A stretch of 63,075 nucleotides of DNA, filler included, from Octopus bimaculoides (lineage: Eukaryota): NCBI RefSeq assembly GCF_001194135.2. It is 3 parts of 3 records of this genome, joined end to end, with 100 filler letters (N's around TTAATTAATTAA, not from the genome) between each part and the next. Parts side by side here need not be neighbours in the genome. Positions count along the whole stretch, not along the records: positions 30,328 to 50,386 come from NC_069000.1; positions 50,487 to 63,075 come from NC_068981.1; 1 more part is not named here. One strand, 5' to 3'. Each line of letters opens with the position of its first letter. Within the stretch, counting starts at the first letter, position 1. The position numbers and the translations under genes are program-made. The notes beneath the pieces were generated by a model. That model was not told the origin of the DNA and did not search any database. It saw only the letters and a list, made by a program, of their open reading frames with translations. Of this stretch, positions 47,930 through 59,610 are shown piece after piece.

Positions 47930-49885
47930 AATATCTGCAGAAAAAAAGGCTGTGAAAGGGCCTTTAAAAAATCTTTCGCCATTTGAGAAGCCCGGAACTT
48001 CTGGACTTCTCGAAAACCAAGCTTTTCTTTCTCCGACTAGTATGGCTGTGCTGAGAATGGGGTGTATGAATGTGCGTGGCCTGGGATCGGCCTGGAAGCA
48101 AGGTCACTTGCTCGACGATCTAAGGTCACTTGATTTGGATGTGGCTGCCATTAGTGAAACAAAGATCTCCGGAAAACACGCGCTAGCATCTATTTTCGAG
48201 GACTACGAGGTATTCTCATCTAGTAGTCTATCGGGAGCGGGTGGTGGTGTAGCAGTGCTACTCCGGAAATCCTTGGATCTCCAAGTACAGATTATCTTCC
48301 TGGACCCGGATGGTAGGCTGTTGGTCCTGGACGTGAACGGTGAAGAAGGTACGCTCCAACAGGGGCTGGAAGGTCAGATTTCTTCAGGTGTCTAGAAACA
48401 TTCTTGGGAACGTCTCGCACTTTAGTACTAGCGGGGCACTGGAATAGTATTTTGGATGCACAGAAGGACTGTGTGGGTTTAGTACATAGTAGAAGGGGGT
48501 GTAAAAGCCTCGAAAAACCTCAGAGCTTTCCAGATTTCTGACAGGTACCGACTAGATTTCTCTGATGTGCCAGTGGGGACATGGAGCAACCACAGCGGGT
48601 CATCCAGATCATGTTTAAATAGAGTATTTGTTTGGTTAGAGGGTAGGGATAGCATAGGTTGTCCACAGTTTAAATTGGTCGGCTACACAGATCACAAGTT
48701 TGAGAAATGCTCAGTCGATTTAGATAGGATCCGTAGACAGGGACCCGGTTACCGGAAGTTGAATGCGTCGCAACCGGCTCGCAAGGACTACAAGGACCGG
48801 ATTAGCGAAGTAGTTAAATGGTAGTTGACCTGGGCAATCGTCAACAACCGATGGTGGATCGCTCTGAAGAGAACGATTAGAGTAGAATCGATATCGTTTT
48901 GCAAAGATTTAGTAATAGAAAAAAATAGATTAGAGGGCGAACTAGTTAGCAAACTAGAAAAGGCTATTAGTAAAGGCATCACAACCGACGTGTTAGCGGC
49001 GAGAATAGCCCTTGACCATTTCTTTGCGGCGAAACACGAATGGTGCGTTGTCATAGTTAAAACACGAAGGAACTAAAGCCGTCTGGTGGGCCCGAACCGT
49101 AGAGACGCGATGTAGAAACAAAACCAAGATCAAGTCTTTGACAGATCAGGATGGATGTGTGCTACTCGGTTCTGAGCAGATATGTGTGGCTGTCCAGCAG
49201 CACCTTGCGCGGCTGTGTGGGGAAGGTGATAGGTCGACGACGATAACGAGCTTTACTTCATACCTAGATAATCTACCACAACTCTCGGTGACGGACGCGA
49301 AATTCTGCGAAAAGCCGATTGCAGCCTCTGAAATAAAGGAGGCGATGAACTATTGCACAAGTCGCAAATCAACCGGTTTGGATGGTCTGCTCTACGAATT
49401 CTATGCTTTCATGTCAGATTAGTTTGGCAGCCTCTTGGCAGATGTCTACAGTAACTGTCAGCAGAACGGGAGAATTCCTAGTGCTGTTAACCGGAGTATA
49501 GTAACGCTGCTGAGAAAGGACGCCGACAATAGGGAGGTGTTAGTGAATTTTCGGTCCATAACTCTGCTAAACATCGAGTTAAAGATTTTGATCAAGGTGT
49601 TAGCGAAAAGGTTGGAGCATGTTGTTGGTAGTCTAGTCAGAGAGGCTACCGGTTCGAGATAAACTCTACAAGCACGAATGTGCTGTCAGACGGGCTTGTC
49701 CGAGGTACTCGCAAAGCAACGAAACCGTTCTGCATGCTCTCGTTCAGTGTCCGGGCATTGCTGACTTGTGGAATTATGTCGAATAGCTGCTGCCGCATGT
49801 AGGACAGATCCGTCTCTCGTCCGAGTCCATAATGATGATTGCCCTGCCACTCTCCTTTAATCGGGCTGGTAAAATGTGTACGCCA
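47930..49885 (+). mobile_element. Tx1/L1-clade LINE ORF2 remnant (APE endonuclease, RT start, zf-RVT), internally deleted
   Basis: MAVLRMGCMNVRGL..DVAAISETK..GGGVAVLL; STGLDGLLYEFY; FRSITLLNIELKILIKVLAKRL. It then jumps to LPVRDKLYKH..ACPRY..ETVLHALVQCP. Confidence 0.9.
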
Positions 49886-51839
49886 ACAAAGACGATATCA
49901 AACAAACGCAAAAAGAAAAACGGAGAACATGGTACACAATTACGAATACAACAACAAGAAATAACAACAGACGTCTTTCGACTGAGAACGATTGAAATTG
50001 AGCTGGCGTGTATGAAGTGAAAGCCTAAACGCAGGAATATAGGAGAGGGACACAAGACGTGTTGATGGTCGGCAGTCAGGCCAAGAAAGAAAGATCATAG
50101 CTGGCCGAACACTGGTCACGTGGAAGGAGGAGAGATGGGTAGGGGACAGTGGAATTGAAGGATGAGAAAAAAATCAGAGACAAAGGGGAAAGGTGTAGGG
50201 GAGATAAACAAGTAGGAAATAGTGGGAGTTAATGAAAGAGAGGGCCAAGAAATGTGAGAGGGGGGAGAAAGGAAGAAAAATGAGAGGGTGAATAAAAGAT
50301 AAAGTAAGGGTCGTACAAAATTTAGATACATACCTACTATAAGGTGAGCACAAGGGTGTACGTACACCGCTATATATATATATATANNNNNNNNNNNNNN
50401 NNNNNNNNNNNNNNNNNNNNNNNNNNNNNNTTAATTAATTAANNNNNNNNNNNNNNNNNNNNNNNNNNNNNNNNNNNNNNNNNNNNAGAGCAAGTAAGAG
50501 TGGTTTTTTGTGGGTTGCAAGCATTGTGGGGGAAAAAAAGAAAGAAAACGGCGAAGAAGGGACTGAAGATGTCTGGATGCCAAAAGTTCAAATAAGCACT
50601 GCTCATATGTCATCCTCTTTATCTGTATAGTAGACAACAGGGTGTAGGTTGGAGTCACCAAATAAAACAGTGATATGTCTTTTAGCTGTGAATTTGTCTT
50701 CAAACAGTTAGACTGCAGTTACCAGGCAAAACAATATCATGCAAACACTGCAGTTATTAGGCACAAATAATTCCATGAAAATTACCATAAAAATCTATAA
50801 TATGACTAGATGTTACAAATCATCATTATCATCATCATCATCATCATTTAACGTCCGCTTTCCATGCTAGCATGGGTTGGTCGATTTGACTGAGGACTGG
50901 CAAGCCAGAAGGCTGCACCAGGCTCCAATCTGATCTGGCAGAGTTTCTACAGCTCGATGCCCTTCCTAATGCCAACCACTCCGAGAGTGTAGTGGGTGCT
51001 TTTACGTGCCACCGGCACAAGGGCCAGTCACACGGTACTGGCAACAGCCACGCTCAAAAAGGTGTTTTTTACATGCCACAAATATCTATTCATGGAAGCC
51101 AAAGTTAAAAAGCAGAGTATTCTTTCTCTCATTATCTGATTACTAGAAGGCTATTGATATATCCTCTTAGACCAAATAAGTGAAGGATAGATAGATATGC
51201 CAGGGTAATATGAGGGTGTTCGGTAGGTGAATTGAGTTTCACAAGGTTAAGGTTGTGGTCATCAGACTAAAACTGCATTTGTTCAATATAGCAGACATAC
51301 TATGACAACAAGCCAGAGTTTAGAAAATTTTGGTAGAAAATAGATTATCAATTAAGTAGATGTCTTCATTCTGAATGTGATCTGATAAAGTAATTATTTG
51401 AGAGGAATCTATCACAGAGTATGTGCTTGGTGCAGATCCATCCCAGCCATGACAACATACCAAAGAAAGTTTGAACTAATGATGACAAGATCAGCAATGA
51501 TGATGACAGCAGAAGGCTTGTATTCTCAGACATGACAGTAATGGTCAATAGTGTGATGCATTTCAAACAGTAGCTGTTAAGTACCAAAATATTTGTTACT
51601 TATCAAGATTGACCACATTTCCTTGGTGTATATTTGGTTATTCATAGAAAATATAAGGCTGCTATTGTTAACATAGCATACAATTGATGGATCTTTGCAG
51701 GTATAGTGATATGACATATATAGTGATTTGCATGCATAGTGAGATGATCTTTTGAAAGATGAAAAGTAAAGAGATAATGTATGTTCACAGGAAATGAGAA
51801 AGTTATCATTTTAGTTAGTTATTTATGGCCAAACAGTAA

Positions 51840-52260
51840 CAAGGAGTATTTTGTGGAGGCTTTGGGGGAGTCCTGGAAGAGATTTTGTCATAAAAGGTCA
51901 GAGCATTTCCACGTAGGTCGGTGGCACCTGCACAAGGACATATTTCCGAACTGGTAACAAGCTACTTGGCAGAGATGAGCATCAAAACTCTGTCTCACCC
52001 TCCCTACAGTCCAGACCTTGCTACTCGTAACATTTAGTTGTTTCCCAAGCTAAAGGAGAAAAAGGAAAGAGGTTGTGACAAGGGTTCTGGACACCTTCAC
52101 TTTGGAAGATTCCCATGAAACCCAAATGAAGTGGCTGCAGCGCTTCAATAAGTGCATTGAAGTTTGAGAATCCTAGTCAGAAGGAGATTAGAAGTTTATA
52201 ATTAATAATAAATTTGTTTGAAATTAATAAATATCTCTCCTGAAAATGTCTCAAAACACT
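51840..52260 (+). mobile_element. mariner transposase C-terminal fossil
   Basis: LSHPPYSPDLA motif and ..KWLQRFNKCIEV. Confidence 0.75.
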
Positions 52261-52802
52261 GTGTGTGTGTGTACATACACACTCACATAACATATAATAC
52301 ATCATTCATATATACATATATATATTCTTTTACTTGTTTCAGTCATTTGACTGTGGCCATGCTGGAGCATAGCCTTGAAGGGTTTTAGTCAAACAAATTG
52401 ACCCCAGGACTTATTTTTTTAAGCCTAGTACTTATTCTGTCAGTCTCTTTAGCCGAACCACTAAATTATGGGGGCATAAACACACCAACACTGATTGCCA
52501 AGTGGTGATGGGATGAAAAACACAGACACAAATATACATACATTGGCATTGACCATGCTTAAAAAGCACCATTCAAGCATGGTCAATGCCAGTGCTGCCT
52601 GACTGGCCCTGGTGCCGGTGGCACGTAAAAAGCACCCACTACACTCTCGGAGTGGTTGGCATTAGGAAGGGCATCGAGCTGTAGAAACTTTGCCAGATCA
52701 GATTGGAGCCTGGTACAGCCTTCTGGCTTGACAGTCTTCAGTCAAACCATCCAACCCATGCCAGCATGGAAAGTGGACGTTAAACAATGATGGTGATGAT
52801 GA

Positions 52803-52862
<60 letters not shown>

Positions 52863-53004
52863 GACGGGCTTCTTTCAGTTTCCATCAACCAAATCCACTC
52901 ACAAGGCTTTGATCAGCCCAAGGTTATAGTAGAAGACACTTGTCCAAATGTCTTCACAATGAGGCTTCTTACCACACAGCTATGCCTGTGCCTACATATA
53001 TATA

Positions 53005-53884
53005 TACATGCGATGGGTAAATTGTCGACATTTTATATTTTTAATTTCACACATGCACATTGTTTGATTTAGATTTTGTCAACTACACAGTATAGTAGGA
53101 TCAGTTGGGCACCATCTGTGAGAAAAACAGCACCATGACACAATTCACTCTGCCAGAAATTTGGAAACAACATGTTGTACTGCTTGGCATTCTAGCTGGA
53201 AGCTCTAATATGACCAGATGGTGAACACTCAGAACAACCGTTGGCTTGCTGTGTCCCCAAGACATGTACTGAGAGTGATAAAAATCAAGCATCTAGTCAA
53301 CATCATGGTGTTTGGAATAATCATTAGTGATGGCGATGTTATGCCTCCATTCATCTTCCCACATAGCCTCAGACTCAACATAAAGGCATACATCAGTGCC
53401 TGGAGGAGGTAGTGCTTCCTTAGGTTAAGAGGGTAGCTGCTGGAAGACCCTATATCTGGCAACAGGACCCTGCACCATGCCACACAAGCAGAGGAACCCA
53501 GTCATGGCTGTCAGACAATTTCTGTGACCACATCACCCCTAACATCTGGCCACCTAACTCCCCAGACTGCAACCTCCTTGATTATTATGTGTGGGGCACA
53601 GTTGTATGAGAGATCAACAAAACTCCTTGTAACACCAAAGATGAACTGAAGGCAAGGATTATGGCAGCATTCACTAACTCAAACAAGAAGACCATCCAGA
53701 AAAGTTGCAGGAGATTCCAATGTCTTCTGGAGGCTGTGGTTGAAGCCAATGGCGATTTTATTGAATAAGTTTACTCTTTAGTATTTCGAGATATTTTTAT
53801 GTAATTTTGGTAAATATATCAAGATGTCAGTGATATTTTCATTTTTGCGTAATTTAGACAACAATATACTCACCACAATCTGTA
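53005..53884 (+). mobile_element. maT/DD37D Tc1-mariner fossil, internally deleted
   Basis: IMVFGII.SDG.VMPPF; WQQDPAPCHTS..WPPNSPDCNLLDYYVWG with 37 residues between the two Asp; EANGDFIE*. Degenerate TA-flanked ends. Confidence 0.85.
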
Positions 53885-53901
53885 TGTGTGTGTGTGTGAG
53901 A

Positions 53902-53929
<28 letters not shown>

Positions 53930-53934
<5 letters not shown>

Positions 53935-55500
53935 AACCACTCCGAGAGTGTAGTGAGTGCTTTTTATGTGCCACTGGCATGGGAGCCAGTCAGGTGGCAC
54001 CGGCATCGGCCACATTCAGATGGTGCTTTTTACACGCTACCAGTACAGGAACCAGTTGGGGCAGGGGGGCTGGCATTGACCATGTTCGGATGGTGCTTTT
54101 TACGTGCCACCAGCACGGGGAGCCAGTGAGGCAGCACTGGCAATGACCCATACATGAATGGTGCCTATTGCATGCTACCAGCATGGGAGCCAGTCAGGTG
54201 GCACTGATTTTGATTTTATTAGACTCAATAGATCTCCTGAAGCACGGCATGTCATCTGACGATTCAAAAGTACTTTTTAAATGGGTTGGTTATGTGACAT
54301 TGGTGTAGTAGGCTATGACTGTGATCTCACTTTACTTGCTGAGTCTTCTCAATCACAGCATATCTTCAGAGGTCTTGATCTTTCGTCATTGCCTCTGTGA
54401 GGCCCAACATTCGAAGGTCATGCTTCACCACCTCATTCCATGTCTTCCTGGGTCTCCCTCTTCCATGGGTTCCTTCAACTGTTAGGGAGTGACACTTCTT
54501 CACACAGCTCTCCTCATCCATATGCAGCACATGACCATACTAGTGCAGTCGTCTCTCTTGCACACCACATCTGATGCTTCTTGTGTCCAACATTTCTCTC
54601 AGGGCACTTACATGCTGTTGTGTGTGCACACTGACATTACACATCCACTGGATCATACTAGCTTCATTTTTTTCAAGCCTACGCATGTCTTCAGCAGTCA
54701 CAGCCCATGTTTCACTGCCACATAGCATGGCAGTTTGCACACATGCATCATACAATCTACCTTTCACTCTGAGTGAGAGGCCCTTTGCCCCAGTAGAGGT
54801 AGAAGCTTTCTGAACTTTGCCCAGGCTATTCTTATTCTAGTGGCAATGAGCATCCACTCCCACTACAGACTTGGTTACCTATCAACTACTTCTAGTTTCT
54901 TCCCCTGGCATGTGATGGAATCTGTTTTCTGAGCATCTGCAGTGTTTATTGCCCCTGTGCATCTGCCGCACACAAAAGCTATCATCCTGGTTAACCTTCC
55001 TTTGATGTTGCTGCACCTCTTATGCGTCTATAGCTTACACTGGGTACAACTTATGGAGTTTCTACTAACACCTTTTCTACAGATCAAGCAGGGCCATCAA
55101 CCTAAAGGGGTTTGTGATGTGTTTGCCTTCCTACTTACTAGGACTTTAGTTTTTGCAACTTTGACTCTAAGGCCCTTCGATTCTAAACCGTGCTTCCACA
55201 CCTGAAATTTCTTCTCTAGTTCTGGTAATGATTCCGCTATGAGAGCAAGGTCATCAGCATAAAGAAGCTCCTGTGGGTAACTTGTCTTAAATTCCTCTGT
55301 TATTGCCTGGAGGACTATGATGAAAGAGGGGCCTGAGGGCTGATCTTTGGTGAACCCCTACTTCTACCCCAAACTCTTCACTATACTCATTGCCGACCTT
55401 AACCTTACTAACGGCATCCCTGTACAGGGACTGTACAACTCTCATTAACCACTCATCAATCCCTAGTTTCCACATCAACCACCATATAAAGGATCAGGGG
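53930..55500 (-). mobile_element. 5'-truncated RTE LINE, same family as 30555-32300
   Basis: WKLGIDEWL..GVHQ..LLYADDLALI..PHD-type Cys cluster..KGRLYDACVQTAML.GSETWAV..VQERRL. Confidence 0.9.
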
Positions 55501-55949
55501 ATCCTGTCAAAGGTAAGTAACTGCCTAGTGCAGCCTTTTTTTAATTCTAGCTATCACAACCTCTATGTTCTGCTAGGTCAAAGTTAGGGAAGGGGGTCAA
55601 GATGTCTACATCTGCTAATACTTATACAGGCACCTAAAACAATTAGCAAAAGCATGGTAAAACTCCCAGCCCAACTCAGTTTATGAATGACAGCTAAGCT
55701 TCATATATATAGAGAAAGAGAAAGAGAGAAAGAAAGAGAGAGAGAGAGAGAGAGTTAGATAGATATACATACACACATACATACACATGTGGTGGGGTAG
55801 TATGTCTATCTAACAAAAAATTGCATAAAAGACAAGATCTCTGGTATAAATGAGAAAATAACCTTCTCCATCTCTATCAATAATAGATTTTCTGCCTCTT
55901 TTTAAATCAGAACCAAGGATACATACATTGTTTGCATGTCATATATGTT

Positions 55950-56282
55950 GTAATATAAAGACCCTCTTCAGCCATAAATGACCATAGGATTGCACCTAAA
56001 AAGTTACACTCTGAGGCACAAGTTTGGGCAAGGTTGTTTATAGAAGACCAGCAGTCATCCATGCATACCAGCCTCCCTCCCCTGTTATCCAAGGGAAAAG
56101 CAAAAGCTGGTACAGCTTGGCACCAGTGACATCGCAACTCATTTCTACAGCTGAGTGAACTGGTGCAATCTGAAATAAAGTGTTTTGCTCAAGAACACAA
56201 CACGCAGCCCGTTCTGGGAATCAAACTCACTACCTCATGATTGTAAGCCTGATGCTCTAACCACTGAGCCGTGTGCCTTCAC
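55950..56282 (-). mobile_element. tRNA-derived SINE
   Basis: The minus strand has GGCTCAGTGGTTAGAGC (A box), GAGTTTGATTCCC (B box) and a GTGTTCTTGAGCAAAACAC body. Confidence 0.8.
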
Positions 56283-57144
56283 TATATATTGTAATATATG
56301 AGTCAATTTACTGTGTTTATTCTTGAAAGCATTAATGAAAGAGAGGTAAGAATATATAGACTCCAGAAGAGAGTATAGAAATGAACAGAAAACAGGTAGA
56401 TATGCTGAGAAACAGATGGTAACATACACAAATGCAGGAAACATATATAAATCAGCATGGTAAGATTAAAAGTAGAGTAGAAAGATGAGCAGGTTGTTAA
56501 GTAGGGAGACAGACACAGATGGGCAAATAAGGTAGAATGAAGATAAATTATAAAACTTGAAAAGTAATAATTGGTGGTAGGAGAAGCATCCAATTATAGA
56601 ATATTGTCTCAATAATCTTATCCAGCCAATGTCAGCATAGACACACAAAAAAAGCAGAAATAAAAGCAATATGTAGTTTTATTGTTGTCATTACTTCCTT
56701 CCACTGTCAAGCAGTTTAAAGTTTGTCATTGGCTTTTCATTCTATCAACTCATGCATCATAGCACTACTACCAGCAGCCTTTGTATGCCTCATGACAAAT
56801 ATTTATCCACACTTATCCTCATACATAGCTATGGCTGTATGTTTAAGAAGTTCACTTCCCATCCATGAAGTTTCGGATAGAGCTCCGCTGCACAGCACCT
56901 TGTGCTAGCATCTTCTACTAAAGCTCCAGACTAATCAAAGCTTTCTGAGTAAATTTGTAGAAGAAAACTAAAAGACATATGTGAGTGCTTTTTTCTTTAT
57001 ATTTGTACTTCTCCGAAGGAAAAAAAATGCTGAGTCATTTCCCATCACCAAATTTTTTTTTACCTTTAAAGGTGTGTGGAATAAAAGATCCTTTATGTAC
57101 AAAACAGGTAAAAGTTACTGACAGGAAGGATATTTGGCTGTGCA

Positions 57145-57170
57145 TCTATATATATAAAAATGAGAATGTG

Positions 57171-57217
<47 letters not shown>

Positions 57218-58620
57218 GTGAATCCCTAAAACTCGAGAACTACGCAACCAATTTCATTCAAATTTTACACATGCCTTACTTAGGGTTCCAGTTGTGTTTT
57301 AGTCAAAAAAAATTAACTTCTTGCAGAGTTCGAACACACGGCAACATAATATCTCNNNNNNNNNNNNNNNNNNNNNNNNNNNNNNNNNNNNNNNNNNNNN
57401 NNNNNNNNNNNNNNNNNNNNNNNNNNNNNNNNNNNNNNNNNNNNNNNNNNNNNNNNNNNNNNNNNNNNNNNNNNNNNNNNNNNNNNNNNNNNNNNNNNNN
57501 NNNNNNNNNNNNNNNNNNNNNNNNNNNNNNNNNNNNNNNNNNNNNNNNNNNNNNNNNNNNNNNNNNNNNNNNNNNNNNNNNNNNNNNNNNNNNNNNNNNN
57601 NNNNNNNNNNNNNNNNNNNNNNNNNNNNNNNNNNNNNNNNNNNNNNNNNNNNNNNNNNNNNNNNNNNNNNNNNNNNNNNNNNNNNNNNNNNNNNNNNNNN
57701 NNNNNNNNNNNNNNNNNNNNNNNNNNNNNNNNNNNNNNNNNNNNNNNNNNNNNNNNNNNNNNNNNNNNNNNNNNNNNNNNNNNNNNNNNNNNNNNNNNNN
57801 NNNNNNNNNNNNNNNNNNNNNNNNNNNNNNNNNNNNNNNNNNNNNNNNNNNNNNNNNNNNNNNNNNNNNNNNNNNNNNNNNNNNNNNNNNNNNNNNNNNN
57901 NNNNNNNNNNNNNNNNNNNNNNNNNNNNNNNNNNNNNNNNNNNNNNNNNNNNNNNNNNNNNNNNNNNNNNNNNNNNNNNNNNNNNNNNNNNNNNNNNNNN
58001 NNNNNNNNNNNNNNNNNNNNNNNNNNNNNNNNNNNNNNNNNNNNNNNNNNNNNNNNNNNNNNNNNNNNNNNNNNNNNNNNNNNNNNNNNNNNNNNNNNNN
58101 NNNNNNNNNNNNNNNNNNNNNNNNNNNNNNNNNNNNNNNNNNNNNNNNNNNNNNNNNNNNNNNNNNNNNNNNNNNNNNNNNNNNNNNNNNNNNNNNNNNN
58201 NNNNNNNNNNNNNNNNNNNNNNNNNNNNNNNNNNNNNNNNNNNNNNNNNNNNNNNNNNNNNNNNNNNNNNNNNNNNNNNNNNNNNNNNNNNNNNNNNNNN
58301 NNNNNNNNNNNNNNNNNNNNNNNNCTCAAGAGTGGGCAGCAACAAAAAACCTATTTGTATATGCTCCACAAGGGAAAACAAGGAACATAGTTTACAATGA
58401 GGTGTTATAATCACAACAGCAAGAAAGTATGTACATGATCACCTTCTTTTACGAAACTTCATTGACTTTCATATATTTATATTGATATACATATATATAC
58501 GTGTGTTTGGGTGCGTGTGTGTATATACATCTCTATATATAAAGATGATGCGTAGTCTAGACGGCGTTTTTAGATTTCATTATTCTCTTTAACCTGGGCA
58601 ACGCCGGGTATTTCTGCTAG
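57145..58620 (+). mobile_element. Helitron (5' TC end, helicase C-terminus, 3' hairpin-CTAG), with a gap inside
   Basis: A|TCTATATATATAAAA + (GTCT)n 5' end; SRVGS.KNLFVYAPQGKTRNIVYNEVL*; CCTGGGCAACGCCGGG hairpin and CTAG|T at 58617-58620. Confidence 0.85.
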
Positions 58621-59258
58621 TTAATAATATATTCATCTAATGAATATCTAGCATGAAAAAAAAAAAACAGACATAAAAGCAAAGATACAAATGAACACAT
58701 ATCTAATAACTCCACTGACAACATGACCTAGATATAAATAACTTCACTACCTCAACAACCCAAATAAATAAACAATACAAAGATAACAATACATAACAAA
58801 AACATCTAATGACACATCACAAAAGTAATTTAACACAACCTATAATACAATATTACCACTAACCTCTTGTACATATACACATACAAGTATGTGGGTGTGT
58901 GAATGTATTTATGATGAAGCAAACCAAGGCTATTAACACTTGTGTGAACATATATAAAATTAATATAAAATTAATATAAAATTAATGAATGACAGGCAAC
59001 AAACAACTTAACAAGACAACTTCAGTAAAAACTACATAAAAACAAACACACACAGATGTGTTGCTGTCATGATATCTAAAGTTTGAAGGCTGAAGTTTAA
59101 AGTTCATTACAATACCTTGACCCAACAAACATTCACCATTAGAATTTGACAGTGCAAAGAGCCAGGAGTGGGTTCTAGCATAGACAAAGTGCAGGAAGAA
59201 AGTCACAAAAGAACTTTGATCAGGCATCAGGATCTTCCCAAAGTACAATGAGCTTTAA

Positions 59259-59531
59259 CCCATAAACTGCTGGGATTTTGCTGTATGTAACACGAACTGC
59301 TGAGCCTATTTTGGGTAAAGGTCAACATCGATCTATCACTCGAAAAAAAATACTCAATGTTTCTTAACACCTTCTGTGGTTGGTTACACTGTTTCTTGGG
59401 TGAAAGGGTATCGTGTGCATACATTATACGTCATCAAAATTAGGTCAGATCATGCCCTACTTCTGTGGCCATGCATGTGGCCTGTCGCACTGTCACGTTG
59501 GCCACTGAGGTGACCTGTCGCAGTTTATGGG
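59259..59531. mobile_element. piggyBac-type MITE
   Basis: TTAA|CCCATAAACTGC ... GCAGTTTATGGG|TTAA: perfect 12-bp TIRs and a TTAA TSD. Confidence 0.9.
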
Positions 59532-59610
59532 TTAAACATCTTGCAGAATATATATATTAATAACCCAACATTTTATTCAACCATGCATGCCAAGAACAGT
59601 CCTCATATTC

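Noticed and set aside
59100-59180. Minus-strand AG..GT-bounded segment (THSWLFALSNSNGECLLGQ)
   Set aside because: The splice-like signals alone are not enough, and there is no motif or linkage to other exons.
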